Below the pieces are notes generated by a model. The model was not told the origin of the DNA. It ran no database searches and worked only from the letters and a program-made list of their open reading frames with translations. A stretch of DNA of 63,650 bases, the filler included, from Malassezia furfur (taxonomy: Eukaryota): assembly GCA_052055015.1 (NCBI GenBank). It is 13 parts of 13 records of this genome, joined end to end, with 100 filler letters (N's around TTAATTAATTAA, not from the genome) between each part and the next. Parts side by side here need not be neighbours in the genome. Positions count along the whole stretch, not along the records: positions 19,875 to 24,718 come from JBQJIT010000647.1; positions 24,819 to 29,653 come from JBQJIT010000648.1; positions 29,754 to 34,572 come from JBQJIT010000649.1; 10 more parts are not named here. One strand, 5' to 3'. A program made the translations under genes and the position numbers. Below are positions 20,687 through 31,766 of this stretch, piece after piece (within the stretch, counting starts at the first letter, position 1; every line of letters begins with the position of its first letter).

Positions 20687-22479
20687 CTACGCATCAGACG
20701 ACCCCTTGATCGCGCGCGCGGTGCCAACGTGCGTGGCATGCACCTTGCTCGCGAAGCGCAGCGAGCACAACGTCTCGCCGAGGTGCGCTGCGAGCGGCGA
20801 GAGTGCAAGAAGCATCAACCTGGTCATTAGCACGAGGCCACGTACGTCTTGGCATTGCCGCCCAGGCTATGCTTCAACAGCCAGGTCAGTGTCGAGTTGC
20901 GGTATGGCACGTGGCGAGCGGCGCCCGCGCCACCGAGCGCGCCGATCACGTCGGCAAGCGCGCTGAGCGACTTGTTGATGCTCTGTGCCTCCTTGAGGCG
21001 CGTCGGGTCGCTGGCGGAGCCGCTGGTCGCCAGGCGCTCCGAGCCGCTGGATGAGTCGGGGGGGGGGACGTACGCAAGATCCACGAGATTGAGCGTCGCG
21101 TCGCTCGTCTCGTTCGTCGTGACATTGTGGCCACGCACGCGCAGTAGAAACACACTGTGTGAGCGGCTCGACCGCTCGTTCATCAGTGTCGCGGCCACCT
21201 GCCGCCGTTTCTTGGCGCGTGTAAGTAGCGCAAAGACATCCTGTGGGCCGTTTAGCGGCACAGTGACCGTGTTGGTGACGGTGGTGTGGTGCTCCGTGTG
21301 CCGCACTTCGTGCTTCTCCTTGTCCGACGCCGGGGTGCCAAGCAGGTCGTAGATGTGGTCGAGGTAGATCTGCAGCATCTGTGCCTCGAACGTGTATGTC
21401 CATCCCTGCGCGCCGAGGCGCTCGGCGACGTCCCACAGCATGTGCATCGCGCGGGGGATCAGGCCCGCCGATGCACTTAGCGCCGACGTCGCTTCGGGAC
21501 CGTCCGCACCACCCTCGAGCGTGTGCGTTTTGCCCGAGCCCGTTTGGCCATACGCAAAAATGGTTGTGTTGTAGCCGTCCAGCACGCTCTGCATCAGGTC
21601 CGCGACCTCGGCAAAGACGTCTTCCTGCGAGGCCTGTGGCCCAAACACATGGTCAAACGCAAAGTGGTGCTGGCGCACGGTCGGTGCACCTACCGCGTTC
21701 TCCGTGTGCGCTGCGACCTCGATCTGGGTATGGAGCATCGTGTCAGGGAAGCGGATGGTGGCCTGTGCGCCGTCGTTACGCGGCGGGCGCACACGCGCAT
21801 ACACACGCACGTTGCCCCGCAGCTCCTGCACCTGGTTGTGCAACTTGCGGCGCAGCGACTCGGCTGCGATCAGATCGTGTTCAAGCTGCGCATTGCGCTG
21901 CTTCGTCGCCGCGACGTCGGCGTGCAGCGCATGTGCGCGGGCGTCGTAGGTCGCCAGCTGCGCCTGTAAATCGGCGACTTGCGCGGCGAGTCGCTCGTTC
22001 GTCGCGGCCAGGCGCGCGTGTGCCTCATCCCGCTCATCTGCAGCTTGGCGCAATGCATGAATCTCATTGCGCTGCTGCGTGATTTCCGCACGCAGCGTGC
22101 GCTGCGCCTGCTCGTGCTCGGCACGGAGCACATCGACCTCGTAGTCGTTGTAGCCGCGCCAGGCCGGCTCGGGCGCGCGGTTTTCCTGCGCGAGCTTGCG
22201 CTCGTTGCGCAGCGCTTCTTCCATTTCGCGTGAGCGTTGCGTCTGCTGCGCGTGTGCCTTGCGCTCCTGGTCACGTAGTTGTTCGCGGCGCCGCGTCTCG
22301 AGCGTGACCAGGTCGTGCATCGCGGCGCGCTGTGCATCATCGACGGGCTGTGCGCGCATCGCGATGCCGCGTCCGGCATCTCCTGTGGCTCGACTTCGCT
22401 CCGGATCGGCGGCGACCCGCATGCGCTTCGGCGGGACGCGCGGATGCATCCCCGGCGGCACCGTGCGTCCAAGCGGCAT
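20687..22479 (-). CDS. KAR3: Kinesin-14 (C-terminal motor)
   Basis: Coiled coil then RRKLHNQVQELRGNVRVYARVRP, YGQTGSGKT, NERSSRSH, LVDLAGSER, HVPYRNS; introns 21047-21073 (27 nt), 20820-20845 (26). Confidence 0.93.
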
Positions 22480-22633
22480 GGTCGGAGAACAACACTCAGC
22501 ACGTGATCGCGTGCGCGGCCGCCTGGGGAAGGGGAGGGGCGAGGAGCGGGGGGTGCGCAGCGCGGCACAGTGCGGCTATGGCGAGGCGTGCATCGTGCGG
22601 TGTCGTCTACCGGAAGGCTCACGTTGCGGGTAT

Positions 22634-23019
22634 CTATGGCGCTGCGGTGGACGCAGTGGTGGGCGCGTCGGGCGTGTCCTTAAAATTCTCTGGGGTCGCG
22701 TCGACTGAGTGAGTGTGGGCCACACGTACCCCAGGGCCGCTTGCACATGGGGCACAGCGGTTCGTGCTTTTCCGAGAGCCATTTGTTGATGCAGTGTAAG
22801 TGGAACTCGTGACTGCATTCGCCAAAGGCTGCGTGAGCAGCGGCGCAACGTACCGAGGGGGCACGCGTCGCCCGGGTCGCGGCATGCGCCACACACGCCG
22901 TCAAAGTAGTTTTGGCAAATCCCACACACGTCGTCTGGATCGCGCACGTCCCAGTCTGTGTGAGTGAGCGACGTACGCCAATAGGCAACCGGGTGCCACT
23001 TGTGCAGGTGCACCTTCAT
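22634..23019 (-). CDS. APC11: Anaphase-promoting complex RING-H2 subunit Apc11
   Basis: MKV..KWHPVAYWHWD, DVCGICQ..FDG.C..C..PGD.CPL, GECSHEFHLHCI.KWL, CPMCK; introns 22956-22976 (21 nt), 22829-22853 (25), 22705-22729 (25). Confidence 0.93.
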
Positions 23020-23094
23020 GGCGGCGCGAGCGAGCGTACACGCCTCCATACGTGGAGGCACGGCCGCTCCGTCCACGACTGCGCCTGGCTGGCC

Positions 23095-24718
23095 ATGGGC
23101 AACACGCCGTCCTCACACGAGGACGCCAGTGTGCAGCGGAGTGGCAAGCGTACGCCGGCGCGGGCACGAACTTCGCGCACGTCGGCGGACTCAGATGCGC
23201 TGCGAGCTGACCTTGCGCCGTCCGCAACCGGCAACGTCGCGCCTGATGCGACCGTCACCGTGCACCGACCCGGGCACCTCTACTCGCACAGCATCAACCT
23301 TCCCGCGCACGGCGCAGCAACAAGCGACGATGAAGAGCTAGCTTCTCTGCGCCGGCATCCATACAGCAGCTGGGACCACGGCGAGCAACCGGGTGTTGTG
23401 CTTTCGGGCATGCCCTATGCGCGTGGCCCACCGAGTGACTCGAGCATGCGGCGCTCGCAGAGCTCGCTCACCGACTCGAGCACGCAGCGCAGCGACAGCA
23501 CGCACTGGGGCTCGAACACTGACGCGTTCGACAGCGACGCAGAACACCGCGACCCGCCCCGTGCCGGCGCGTATGTCCCCTATCGATTCCCGCCGATCCA
23601 GACCGATGCGGCGCACCACGACGTCGAGGGAGCACTCAAGACGCCAACACAGCCGTCTAACGAGCTACATGCACCTAACACTCCGCGAACAGGCGATACA
23701 GGACCGCACGACCCTCAGCGAACACCCCTCTCGCGCAACGAGGGCTTTGCTGGCGGCCGCGTGCATATCCCCCACCGTGCGTCGTTGATCATCAGTGAGG
23801 AGGTGGCGCCAACACCGCACGAGATACCGTCATCGCCCGTGCTTGACCGCCAGGCGCGCGCAGACGACGCGGCGAACCGCGCGCCAGGGCGCGATGGTCG
23901 CCGGCTGCGGACGCTGCCGTCGTACCTGCGCATCCCTACGGCGATCCCGCGCGAGTTTACGAGCACCGCACCGAACACGACCACGGACGACGCTCCTGCG
24001 CCCGACACTGGCGCACTCAAGACGCTCGATATCCTGCATATGCCCATGTACAGCGGCTCAACCACGGAGCGCTCGAACGTCGTTGCCGCGGCCCCCGCGC
24101 ACGAGGCCAGCACCGTGGCGCGTCCTGGCATCAGCCGCGCACAGACCGAGCCGCTGCTACTTGCGAGCCCGCGTGTGTCCGAGCCCGCAGACGCGGAGCC
24201 CGCCGAGCCTGCGAGCGCGACGGCCGCGTCGCCGGCCGAGCCCGTCGAGGCGGTGACTGCGCCGACGCATGCGGCAACCGACGGCGCAGCCGCTGTTGGC
24301 GGTGCGCCGGCCGACGACCAGCCGCGGCTCACGCCCGTGAACCTCATGTGGCGCGGCAAGGGGCGCCAGGTGTACGTCACCGGCACCTTTGCGGACGAGT
24401 GGCGGAGCAAGATCCCGCTGCGCCAGCTGCGGCCGAACACGCCCTTCCTGTGCACACTGTACCTCCCGCCCGGCACACACCGCCTCAAGTTCGTGGTGGA
24501 TGACCGATGGCGCATCTCGAACGAGCTCAACACCGCATCTGACGGCGAGGGGACGCTCGTCAACTACGTTGAGATCCCCCACACGCGCGAGCGCCTCTCA
24601 GATGGCTCGGCGCTGGCGCCGCACAAGCAGGGCGATGCGGAGCTGCGCCCCGCAGATGACCCACGCTTTGCGGACCCCGCGTGGGCGAGCGCGATGGACG
24701 ATTTGCGCCGGCAGCACC
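23095..24718 (+). CDS. SNF1/AMPK beta subunit (Gal83/Sip2-like), 3' truncated
   Basis: MGNTPSS myristoylation-type start; glycogen-binding CBM: WRGKGRQVYVTGTF...LPPGTHRLKFVVDDRW...NYVEI. Confidence 0.88.
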
Positions 24719-24818
24719 NNNNNNNNNNNNNNNNNNNNNNNNNNNNNNNNNNNNNNNNNNNNTTAATTAATTAANNNNNNNNNNNNNNNNNNNNNNNNNN
24801 NNNNNNNNNNNNNNNNNN
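24719..24818. other. Artificial contig spacer
   Basis: N44-TTAATTAATTAA-N44. Confidence 0.99.
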
Positions 24819-24924
24819 GGCGGCGCAGCAGCCGAACCGTGCGACCGGCCTGCTGCTCGCGCAGCTCCTCGGCACGCACGGCAGCAAGACGCCCGAGCTC
24901 GCGGGAACGCCGAGCTCGACATAG
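24819..24924 (+). CDS. Possible last codons of an unidentified gene
   Basis: AAQQPNRATGLLLAQLLGTHGSKTPELAGTPSST* open from contig edge with GC3-rich codons. Confidence 0.3.
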
Positions 24925-25088
24925 ACATAGCATGGCGTGCCTTGTGCGTACTTCCCGAGGCACGCCGCCCTCAACCCCTTTGGTCTTTCGATGGTACAAG
25001 CGGCGCGCCGGTGCGCAGATGCGCGCGCGGCGCGCTCCACTCGACCCCATTGTGTCGCCCCAGCGTCCGTACCTCCACCTCCACGTGC

Positions 25089-28000
25089 ATGGCCGCGACG
25101 GCGCCGACGTTTGCGGCGCACGGCACGGCGTCGTTCTGTGCGCCGGCCAAGATCAAGGTGCTGCTGGTGCCGGCGTCGCCGCTGGAGCATGCTGAGTTTG
25201 AAAAGTGGGTGTCTTTTGTGCGCAATTTCGACTGCCTGCGCCTCCGTGACGTGCCGCGGGCCAAGTCGAACGTGTTTCCTTCGAGCGCGCTGTACCAGCA
25301 GGGCGAGGTGCACGTCTCGTTCGTGACGACGTACGACCCGGCACACGCATACCTTGCCCCTCTCCAGCTGCACGAGCAGGTGCTCGGTGTGCTGGGCCTC
25401 ACAACCTACGACGCCCGCGCACCCGCGTGCAGCCAAGAGCTACCCCACGTCGCGGGGCACCTGCGTTCCGCACACCCCAATGCACTTGTTCACCGCGTGT
25501 TTGCCTTTGACGTCGACCCGAGTGACGAGGACGCGCGCGCGGCCGCGGGCGACGGCGACCTCGGCGTCGCCTCCGAGGAGCCCGCGTCCGACTTCCAGCC
25601 GCCGCCCACGCACGCGCCCGGCTTCAGCGGGCGCCGCGACGGCGGGTTGTTCGTGTTCCCTGCGGTGCGCCGCGATGCGAAGGATGTGCGGTTCTACCTG
25701 CGTACGCAGCTCGCCGAGTTTGTCGGCGCCCTGCTCGACCAGCTCGACACGCTCGTCGGCGCGCTCGAAGGCACGCCGCTCGAGACGCCGCGCGAGACGC
25801 TCACCGACACCGTCTCGCCGGCGATCCGCGCAGCCATGAACAAGAGCGCGACCAATGTGTGGGGCCGCGGGCACACGCCGCTCGACGCGCCGCCGCTCCC
25901 GCCGCGGCACACGCAGGCCGCGTCCACGCCGCCGCCGGGCGCGGCGTCCAAAGTGTTTGGCGCGCTGAGCAAGCGGCGTACCTCGGCCACGCCGACGCCC
26001 GCCGCCCTACCCGCCACGGGCCCGCTCGGCTCTGCGCGGCACACCAAGGTACGCGGCGACCTTGCGCTGCTGAGCGGCGACCTGTGGGGCGCGCTCGAGC
26101 TCTACGACGCGCTGCTTACCGTGTCGAACCGCGAGCGCGCGCTGGCCGGCGGCCAGGACGCGGTGTGGTTCGCGTCCGCGCTCGAGGGCTGGGCAGTGGC
26201 GCGGATGCTCGTCGCGCGGCTCGGCGGCGCGGCGCACAGCGAGGCGCCGTGCCTCGCCTTTACGCTGCACCACGCCAAGGACAAGGACAAGGACAAGGAC
26301 AAGGAGGTGCGCGAGCCCGTCATCCCGGCGCTCGCATGGAAGGACATTGCCGAGGCGTATGCGCTCGCGCTCACCGTGTACGCCAAGTGCCTTGCGCCGC
26401 CACAGGTGCAGCTCGAGGCGCAGCGCTCCGTGACGAGCGACACGCCGCGCGACTATACGCCGCCGCTCGTGCACGCCTCGGCGTGCTTGGCATACGCACG
26501 CTTCCTGCTCGCCGTGTGGGCGTCGGGCGGCTGGAACGGCGAGGCATTTGACCAGATGCTATTTGGCGGCACACCGCCTGCACTCGTCGCCGGAAGCACG
26601 CGGCACACAGAGCTGTCGGCCAACTCGGGCGTGTACCGCGACGAGATCGCGCGGGCGGCGTGCACCGCACTGACGCCCGCGCTGCGTACGCTGCCCGCCA
26701 CCGACCAAATCGCGACGCTCGGCGCGGTCGCCAAGCTCCTTGGCCTCGTGGGCTACCGCCGGCGGCTCGCGCACGTTGTACGCCTGCTGGACGGTGTGGT
26801 GTCGACGCTGCTTGCGCGCTCCTTCCGTGCGCGTGTGCAGGCGCCGGGTCGTGCGCCGTCGCTCGAGACGCTGCTGCACGAGGCGCTGCGCCTGCGTGTC
26901 GCGACCACCGACACGCACCTCGATGTCGGCTACGAGTTGTCAGGGATGCACGATACAGCGAACCCCGCGCTGGTGCTCGGCCTGCTCGCCTGCGACACGT
27001 ACGGGATCGACTTGCTCACCTCGCCGCTGCTGCATGTGCCGAGCACGCACATCCTCGAGCGCGCGCGCCGGCGCGTCGTCGCCGAGCAGTACGGCCCGCT
27101 GCTCGAGAGCATTGTGGGTGCAGAGGCACCCGCAGCACGCACGCTGCTCCCCGCGTTTGCACAGAGCGCTGAGGCGGCGCGCTCGGCCAAGCCGCCGTTT
27201 GGGTGGACATCGCTGCAGGTGCAGCTGCTCAAGGATCTCGTGGTGCAGAGCGAGGCCGTGGCCGACTACGTGTCGATGGCCTTCTTTGCGACGCTGCTCT
27301 TGCGCGACTTCCAGGAGGTGCTGAGCGCCGAGGAGCACGTCGCGCTCCTCGACGGCTTGCGCCGTGTCCTGCCGCACGCAAGCACCTCGGCGCCGGGCCT
27401 CGCACTGCGCTACTGGGGGCCCAAGCAGCTGCTTGTCGCGCTCGAAGTCGCGCCACTCCCCGCGCACCGCCGCACGGTGCGCCGCACGCGCGCCTCGTTC
27501 GACCCGCCGTCGCCCGAGCACGGCGCACCGCTCCCGGCGGGCGTGCAAAACCCCTTCTTTTGGAATACAGCGCGCGTTGCCAAGCCAGCCGACACGCCGA
27601 CCCTCGTCGCGGGCGAGCCGTGTGAGGTGCAGGTGACGTTGCGCAACCCGCTCGGCGTGCCGCTGCGCATCGAGGCGCTCGCGCTGCACTGCACGGGCGT
27701 TGAGGCAGCGACACCGCCGGTGCGCACCCTCGTCCCGCCGCACGCCGTGCAGACGCTGCCACTCCGCGTGACGCCGCGCGCCGCGGGGCGCCTTGCGGTC
27801 GAGGGGTGCACCGTCACGCTGTGGGGCGCGGCGCCCGAAGTGCACCGCGTCGCGCGCCCCACGCCGCTGGGCGTCGCGGCGCCGGCGAGCAAGGCAACGG
27901 GTCTTGACGCGCGGCCAACCGTCGCGGCGCTCACACGTGCGGCGCAGGCTGCCGCCGCGGGCGACGCACGCGCATGGCAGGGCAGCGACGTCGATGCGGC

Positions 28001-29360
28001 GCTGACAGCGGCCGCCGCGCCGCCGCCTCCCGCCTGCGACGTTGTGCCGGCAATGCCGCTGCTACACGCGTCGCTCCCGACGCTTGGGCGTACGGCGCTC
28101 ACGCTGCTCGAAGGCGAGGTCGCTACACTGCCGCTCACGCTCACCAACGCATCCGACGAGACAATTGCGTTTGTGCGCTTCGAGCTGGACGACGACCTCC
28201 AGGCGCCGATGCGCGCGGCGATCGCCGACGGCAAGCTGCTCGCCGGTGACGTACACGAGCTCGAATGGCAGCTGCTGTACCAGCCGGTGCTCGCCGTGGG
28301 CTCCGACGCACGCTCGCTGGAGCTGGCGCCGCGTGCGTCGTGCACCGTGCCGCTCCACGTGCGTGCCAAGGCGGAGTGTGCATGGGCGAGCGTGCGTGTG
28401 TGCTATGGGAACCCGGCGGCAGAGGACACGACGCTCGTCTTGCGCACCGTGTTGCTGCCCATCCCGTTGAGCGTGCGGCCAAGCGTCGAGTGCCTCCCGC
28501 TGGGGTTCGCGGCAGTGGACACGCACAGCGCCGAGCATCTCGCCGCGCAGCTCGCACATACCGACTCGGTGACCCTGGGACCGAGTTTCTTGCTGCGCCT
28601 CGACCTGCGCAACGCGTCGGAGCGGTGGTTGGACGTCGTGGTGGACGCCCAGGCGGCGCCCGACGTCGCGCTGCACATGGAACGCAGCGTGCTGCCGCAC
28701 ACCACGGTGTGCATCCACGTGCCGATGGCGAAGCAGACGCTCACGACTGCGGCGCTGCAGGCACCCATCCCGAAGCAGTCGCCGCGCCAGTTTGTCGTGG
28801 CCAGGACGCCGCTCTCGGACGAGATGCAGGCGGCGTGCAATGCGCAGTTCTGGCTGCGCAATGCATTGCTCGACAGCGTGCGCGTCACATGGAGGGAGCC
28901 GCACACAGCGCACACTGGCGACGTATCGCTCCGGTCGCAGTGGCCGTCGATCGACGACGTGCGCATCTTCTCGCAGCCCAAAGTGCGCATTGACCTCCAC
29001 CTCGCCCAGCCGACGGTCACGCGCGAGGCGCTCGTCGAGGTGGTGGCCACGCTGACGAACCGCACCGAGACGCCGCTGCAGCTGCGGCTGCACCTCGCGC
29101 CCACCGCGGGCGCGCGCCTCGATGAGGAGCGTGCCGAAGCGTTCGCCGCCGCGCAGGTGCTCTTTGCGGACGGCAGCGAGAGCGCCGCCGTGCACCCCAG
29201 CCCACTGGCACCCAACGCCGTCGCCGAGGTGCGCAAGACGCTCTGTTTCCTTTCCTCGGGCACATTCGCTCTGCATGCTACGGCACAAGTGATTCCCGAT
29301 ACGCCCGGCGCGCCAGCCACCGTGTTCGTGAGCACGCCGCTTCCCGTACATGTTCCATAG
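25089..29360 (+). CDS. TRS120: TRAPPII subunit Trs120/TRAPPC9
   Basis: ~1420 aa; IKVLLVP, KVRGDLALLSG, DAVWFASALEG, YRRRLA, FGWTSLQ, YWGP, NPFFWN, LVAGEP..V.VTLRNP. Confidence 0.88.
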   Translation: MAATAPTFAAHGTASFCAPAKIKVLLVPASPLEHAEFEKWVSFVRNFDCLRLRDVPRAKSNVFPSSALYQQGEVHVSFVTTYDPAHAYLAPLQLHEQVLGVLGLTTYDARAPACSQELPHVAGHLRSAHPNALVHRVFAFDVDPSDEDARAAAGDGDLGVASEEPASDFQPPPTHAPGFSGRRDGGLFVFPAVRRDAKDVRFYLRTQLAEFVGALLDQLDTLVGALEGTPLETPRETLTDTVSPAIRAAMNKSATNVWGRGHTPLDAPPLPPRHTQAASTPPPGAASKVFGALSKRRTSATPTPAALPATGPLGSARHTKVRGDLALLSGDLWGALELYDALLTVSNRERALAGGQDAVWFASALEGWAVARMLVARLGGAAHSEAPCLAFTLHHAKDKDKDKDKEVREPVIPALAWKDIAEAYALALTVYAKCLAPPQVQLEAQRSVTSDTPRDYTPPLVHASACLAYARFLLAVWASGGWNGEAFDQMLFGGTPPALVAGSTRHTELSANSGVYRDEIARAACTALTPALRTLPATDQIATLGAVAKLLGLVGYRRRLAHVVRLLDGVVSTLLARSFRARVQAPGRAPSLETLLHEALRLRVATTDTHLDVGYELSGMHDTANPALVLGLLACDTYGIDLLTSPLLHVPSTHILERARRRVVAEQYGPLLESIVGAEAPAARTLLPAFAQSAEAARSAKPPFGWTSLQVQLLKDLVVQSEAVADYVSMAFFATLLLRDFQEVLSAEEHVALLDGLRRVLPHASTSAPGLALRYWGPKQLLVALEVAPLPAHRRTVRRTRASFDPPSPEHGAPLPAGVQNPFFWNTARVAKPADTPTLVAGEPCEVQVTLRNPLGVPLRIEALALHCTGVEAATPPVRTLVPPHAVQTLPLRVTPRAAGRLAVEGCTVTLWGAAPEVHRVARPTPLGVAAPASKATGLDARPTVAALTRAAQAAAAGDARAWQGSDVDAALTAAAAPPPPACDVVPAMPLLHASLPTLGRTALTLLEGEVATLPLTLTNASDETIAFVRFELDDDLQAPMRAAIADGKLLAGDVHELEWQLLYQPVLAVGSDARSLELAPRASCTVPLHVRAKAECAWASVRVCYGNPAAEDTTLVLRTVLLPIPLSVRPSVECLPLGFAAVDTHSAEHLAAQLAHTDSVTLGPSFLLRLDLRNASERWLDVVVDAQAAPDVALHMERSVLPHTTVCIHVPMAKQTLTTAALQAPIPKQSPRQFVVARTPLSDEMQAACNAQFWLRNALLDSVRVTWREPHTAHTGDVSLRSQWPSIDDVRIFSQPKVRIDLHLAQPTVTREALVEVVATLTNRTETPLQLRLHLAPTAGARLDEERAEAFAAAQVLFADGSESAAVHPSPLAPNAVAEVRKTLCFLSSGTFALHATAQVIPDTPGAPATVFVSTPLPVHVP

Positions 29361-29415
29361 CCCCGGCACCGTCTCGGCGCGCCGTTGCGCCGCGCCACCG
29401 ACCACGTGGGACACG

Positions 29416-29653
29416 ATGGCGGACCGACCCGCCCTGCGCGCCGCACGGCACGCGCTGCGCCATGTCCCCATCGCATCAGGCGCCCCGCACGGCCCACGCC
29501 GCATCGCACACGCGCCGAGCAGCACCAGCAGCGACCACACACTCTCGAGCAGCTCACGCGACCTCGCGCGCGCCCCGTCGCGCAAGCGGCCCTACACACC
29601 CGGCCCGCCCGAAAGCTCGCCGACGCCGGCGTGCGCACCGAGCCCCAAAAGCC
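29416..29653 (+). CDS. N-terminus of an unidentified protein (3' truncated)
   Basis: ATG preceded by CACGTG; open to spacer; Ser/Pro-rich with RKRP. Confidence 0.4.
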
Positions 29654-29753
29654 NNNNNNNNNNNNNNNNNNNNNNNNNNNNNNNNNNNNNNNNNNNNTTA
29701 ATTAATTAANNNNNNNNNNNNNNNNNNNNNNNNNNNNNNNNNNNNNNNNNNNN
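29654..29753. other. Artificial contig spacer
   Basis: N44-TTAATTAATTAA-N44. Confidence 0.99.
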
Positions 29754-29802
29754 CGGCGGGAACGTCGAGATGGCCATCGACCGGTTGCTAGAAATGACGT
29801 AG
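29754..29802 (+). CDS. C-terminal end of a CUE/UBA-domain protein
   Basis: GGNVEMAIDRLLEMT* resembles the last helix of CUE/UBA domains. Confidence 0.55.
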
Positions 29803-31725
29803 CTACTTCCGTTGTTTGGTCATCTTCTTGGCCGCGGAGCGCTGCGGGAGCGGCACCTTCTCGCGCCGTGCGCCAAGCTTGCGTGCCGCCTTTTCGCCCT
29901 GCTTCTTGGCCTGCTTCTTCTGCAGGCGGCGCGCCTGGCGGTCGGCGTCACCCTTTTTGGCGGCGGCGCGCTGCTCCTTGGAGAGCGTCGCGAGGAACGA
30001 GGCCTTGGACGCGTGCTCTTTCGTGGAGCGCACCGTCGGCGACGAGCCGTTGGGCGTCGGTGCGCCCGAGGAGCGCACGCGCGCCGCGTCCATGCGCCGC
30101 TTGACGGGCGTGCGCGGCACGTCGTCCGCCTTGCGCTTGCCCTTGCGTGCCTCGGACACGCCCTGGGTATTCTTGCAGCGCGACAGGCGCAGCGCGCGCT
30201 TGCGCAGCTTGACGCGCCGCCGGAAGGTCTCGCCGTCGGCAAGCTGGATGGGGCGCGCGACGCGCTGCGGCTTGCCGCGCACCTGCGGGCGCTTGGACGC
30301 GACAAACGCCTCCTCGGCCTCGTGCAGCGCCAACAGCTCGTCGACACACGCCGTGTCCAGGAACTTGACGTACGCAAAGCCCTTGCCGAGCTGCGTCGCC
30401 TTGTCGCGCACGATGCGCACGCTCTGTACCCACTCCTGCGCCACCGGCGCGCCGCTCGGTGCGCCATCCAGGCGCAGCGAGGGTGCGGCCTGCATCGGCG
30501 GCGCGCCACGCTCCTCGCGCACGAGCTTCTCAAAGAGCGCACGCACCTCTTCCTCGCCCGCCTCGAAGTCGAGGTTGCCGACAAACACGGTGCGCTTCAG
30601 ATCGGCCTGCGTAGGCGCGCCAAGCGACGTGCCGTCGGCGAGGCGCAGCCTGTCGAGGCCCGACTCGACGATTTCTTGGGGGGTCAGCGGCGCCACCAGA
30701 TCCGCCCGCAGGTGCCGCTCGGCAAACAGGGTATTGGTAATCGCCCGCGCCACAAGCGCCGCGAGGAGGTGCCCAGTGACGCGGGGGTCGAGCGGCGCCT
30801 CGGTCTTGTGCTGCTGCGCGAGCTCGGCGTGCACCTTGCGGGGGTCGCCGAGGCGCACGTACGCATTCACCGCGTCGGCACGCTCGTTCAGCTCGTGGTT
30901 GATAAACGCAATCTTGCGCTTCTGCTGCGCGGTCAGCGGCGGCGGGGCGTTGGGTGCGGCGTCCTTCTCGCCAAGACCCTGCTTCTCCCGGAACTTGCGT
31001 GCGCGCTCGCGACGCCGCGACGCGGCCGTCGCTGCCGCCTCGTCCTGGGCAAAGTCGTTCGTAGGCGTCTTGAACGACACACTGCGGAAGCGCAGCGAAA
31101 CGATCTTGGTGCACTCGGGGTACGGCGAAAGCTGCTCAAGATGCCGGATCAGCTGCTTGCGCAGCGCACGGCTCGTCGTCGCCGCGATGGGGATGTTGCC
31201 CACAAAGAGGGTGCGCAGGTTCCGGGCGGCTTCGTCCTCGTGCACGTCCTCAAGCACGCGCTTTGGCCGGCTCTTTGTGGGTTCAGGGGTATCCAGGAAG
31301 GCCTTGAGCTGTGCCTCGTCCATGTCCTCGACATCGGAGATTTCCTCCAACGTCCCATCGTACGAGGTCGGCACAGCGGCGTCAGCGGCAGTGTCGTCCG
31401 CCCCGGCCTCGCTCGGGGCCACTTGGCTCGCGACCTCTTCCTCATCCTCATCCTCCTCGGACTCTTCCTTGTCCTCCTCATCCTCCTCGTCCTCCTCGTC
31501 GTCCTCATCCTCCTCGTCTTCATCCTCCTCCTCATCCTCCTCGGACTCCTCGGACTCAACGCCTACGCTTTCGCTCGCCTCGCTCGCTTCTCCTGCTTCA
31601 TCGTGCTGCACACGCGTGGCGGGCGCCTGCTGCGGCGCACGGAACATTGCATCGAGCTCCGCATCAAAGCCTCCCTTCGACGCGCTCACGTCGAACAGGG
31701 CGCGGCCCTGTGCTGCCTTGCCCAT
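29803..31725 (-). CDS. NOP12: Nucleolar RRM protein Nop12/RBM34
   Basis: Acidic N-terminus; RTLFVGN, SLRFRSV, NAYV, RTVFVGNLDF, VRIVRDKATQLGKGFAYVKF. Confidence 0.92.
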   Translation of the reverse strand: MGKAAQGRALFDVSASKGGFDAELDAMFRAPQQAPATRVQHDEAGEASEASESVGVESEESEEDEEEDEDEEDEDDEEDEEDEEDKEESEEDEDEEEVASQVAPSEAGADDTAADAAVPTSYDGTLEEISDVEDMDEAQLKAFLDTPEPTKSRPKRVLEDVHEDEAARNLRTLFVGNIPIAATTSRALRKQLIRHLEQLSPYPECTKIVSLRFRSVSFKTPTNDFAQDEAAATAASRRRERARKFREKQGLGEKDAAPNAPPPLTAQQKRKIAFINHELNERADAVNAYVRLGDPRKVHAELAQQHKTEAPLDPRVTGHLLAALVARAITNTLFAERHLRADLVAPLTPQEIVESGLDRLRLADGTSLGAPTQADLKRTVFVGNLDFEAGEEEVRALFEKLVREERGAPPMQAAPSLRLDGAPSGAPVAQEWVQSVRIVRDKATQLGKGFAYVKFLDTACVDELLALHEAEEAFVASKRPQVRGKPQRVARPIQLADGETFRRRVKLRKRALRLSRCKNTQGVSEARKGKRKADDVPRTPVKRRMDAARVRSSGAPTPNGSSPTVRSTKEHASKASFLATLSKEQRAAAKKGDADRQARRLQKKQAKKQGEKAARKLGARREKVPLPQRSAAKKMTKQRK

Positions 31726-31766
31726 CGCGTACGGAAGCCAAATTTTTCGAATCACGTGGTCTACGT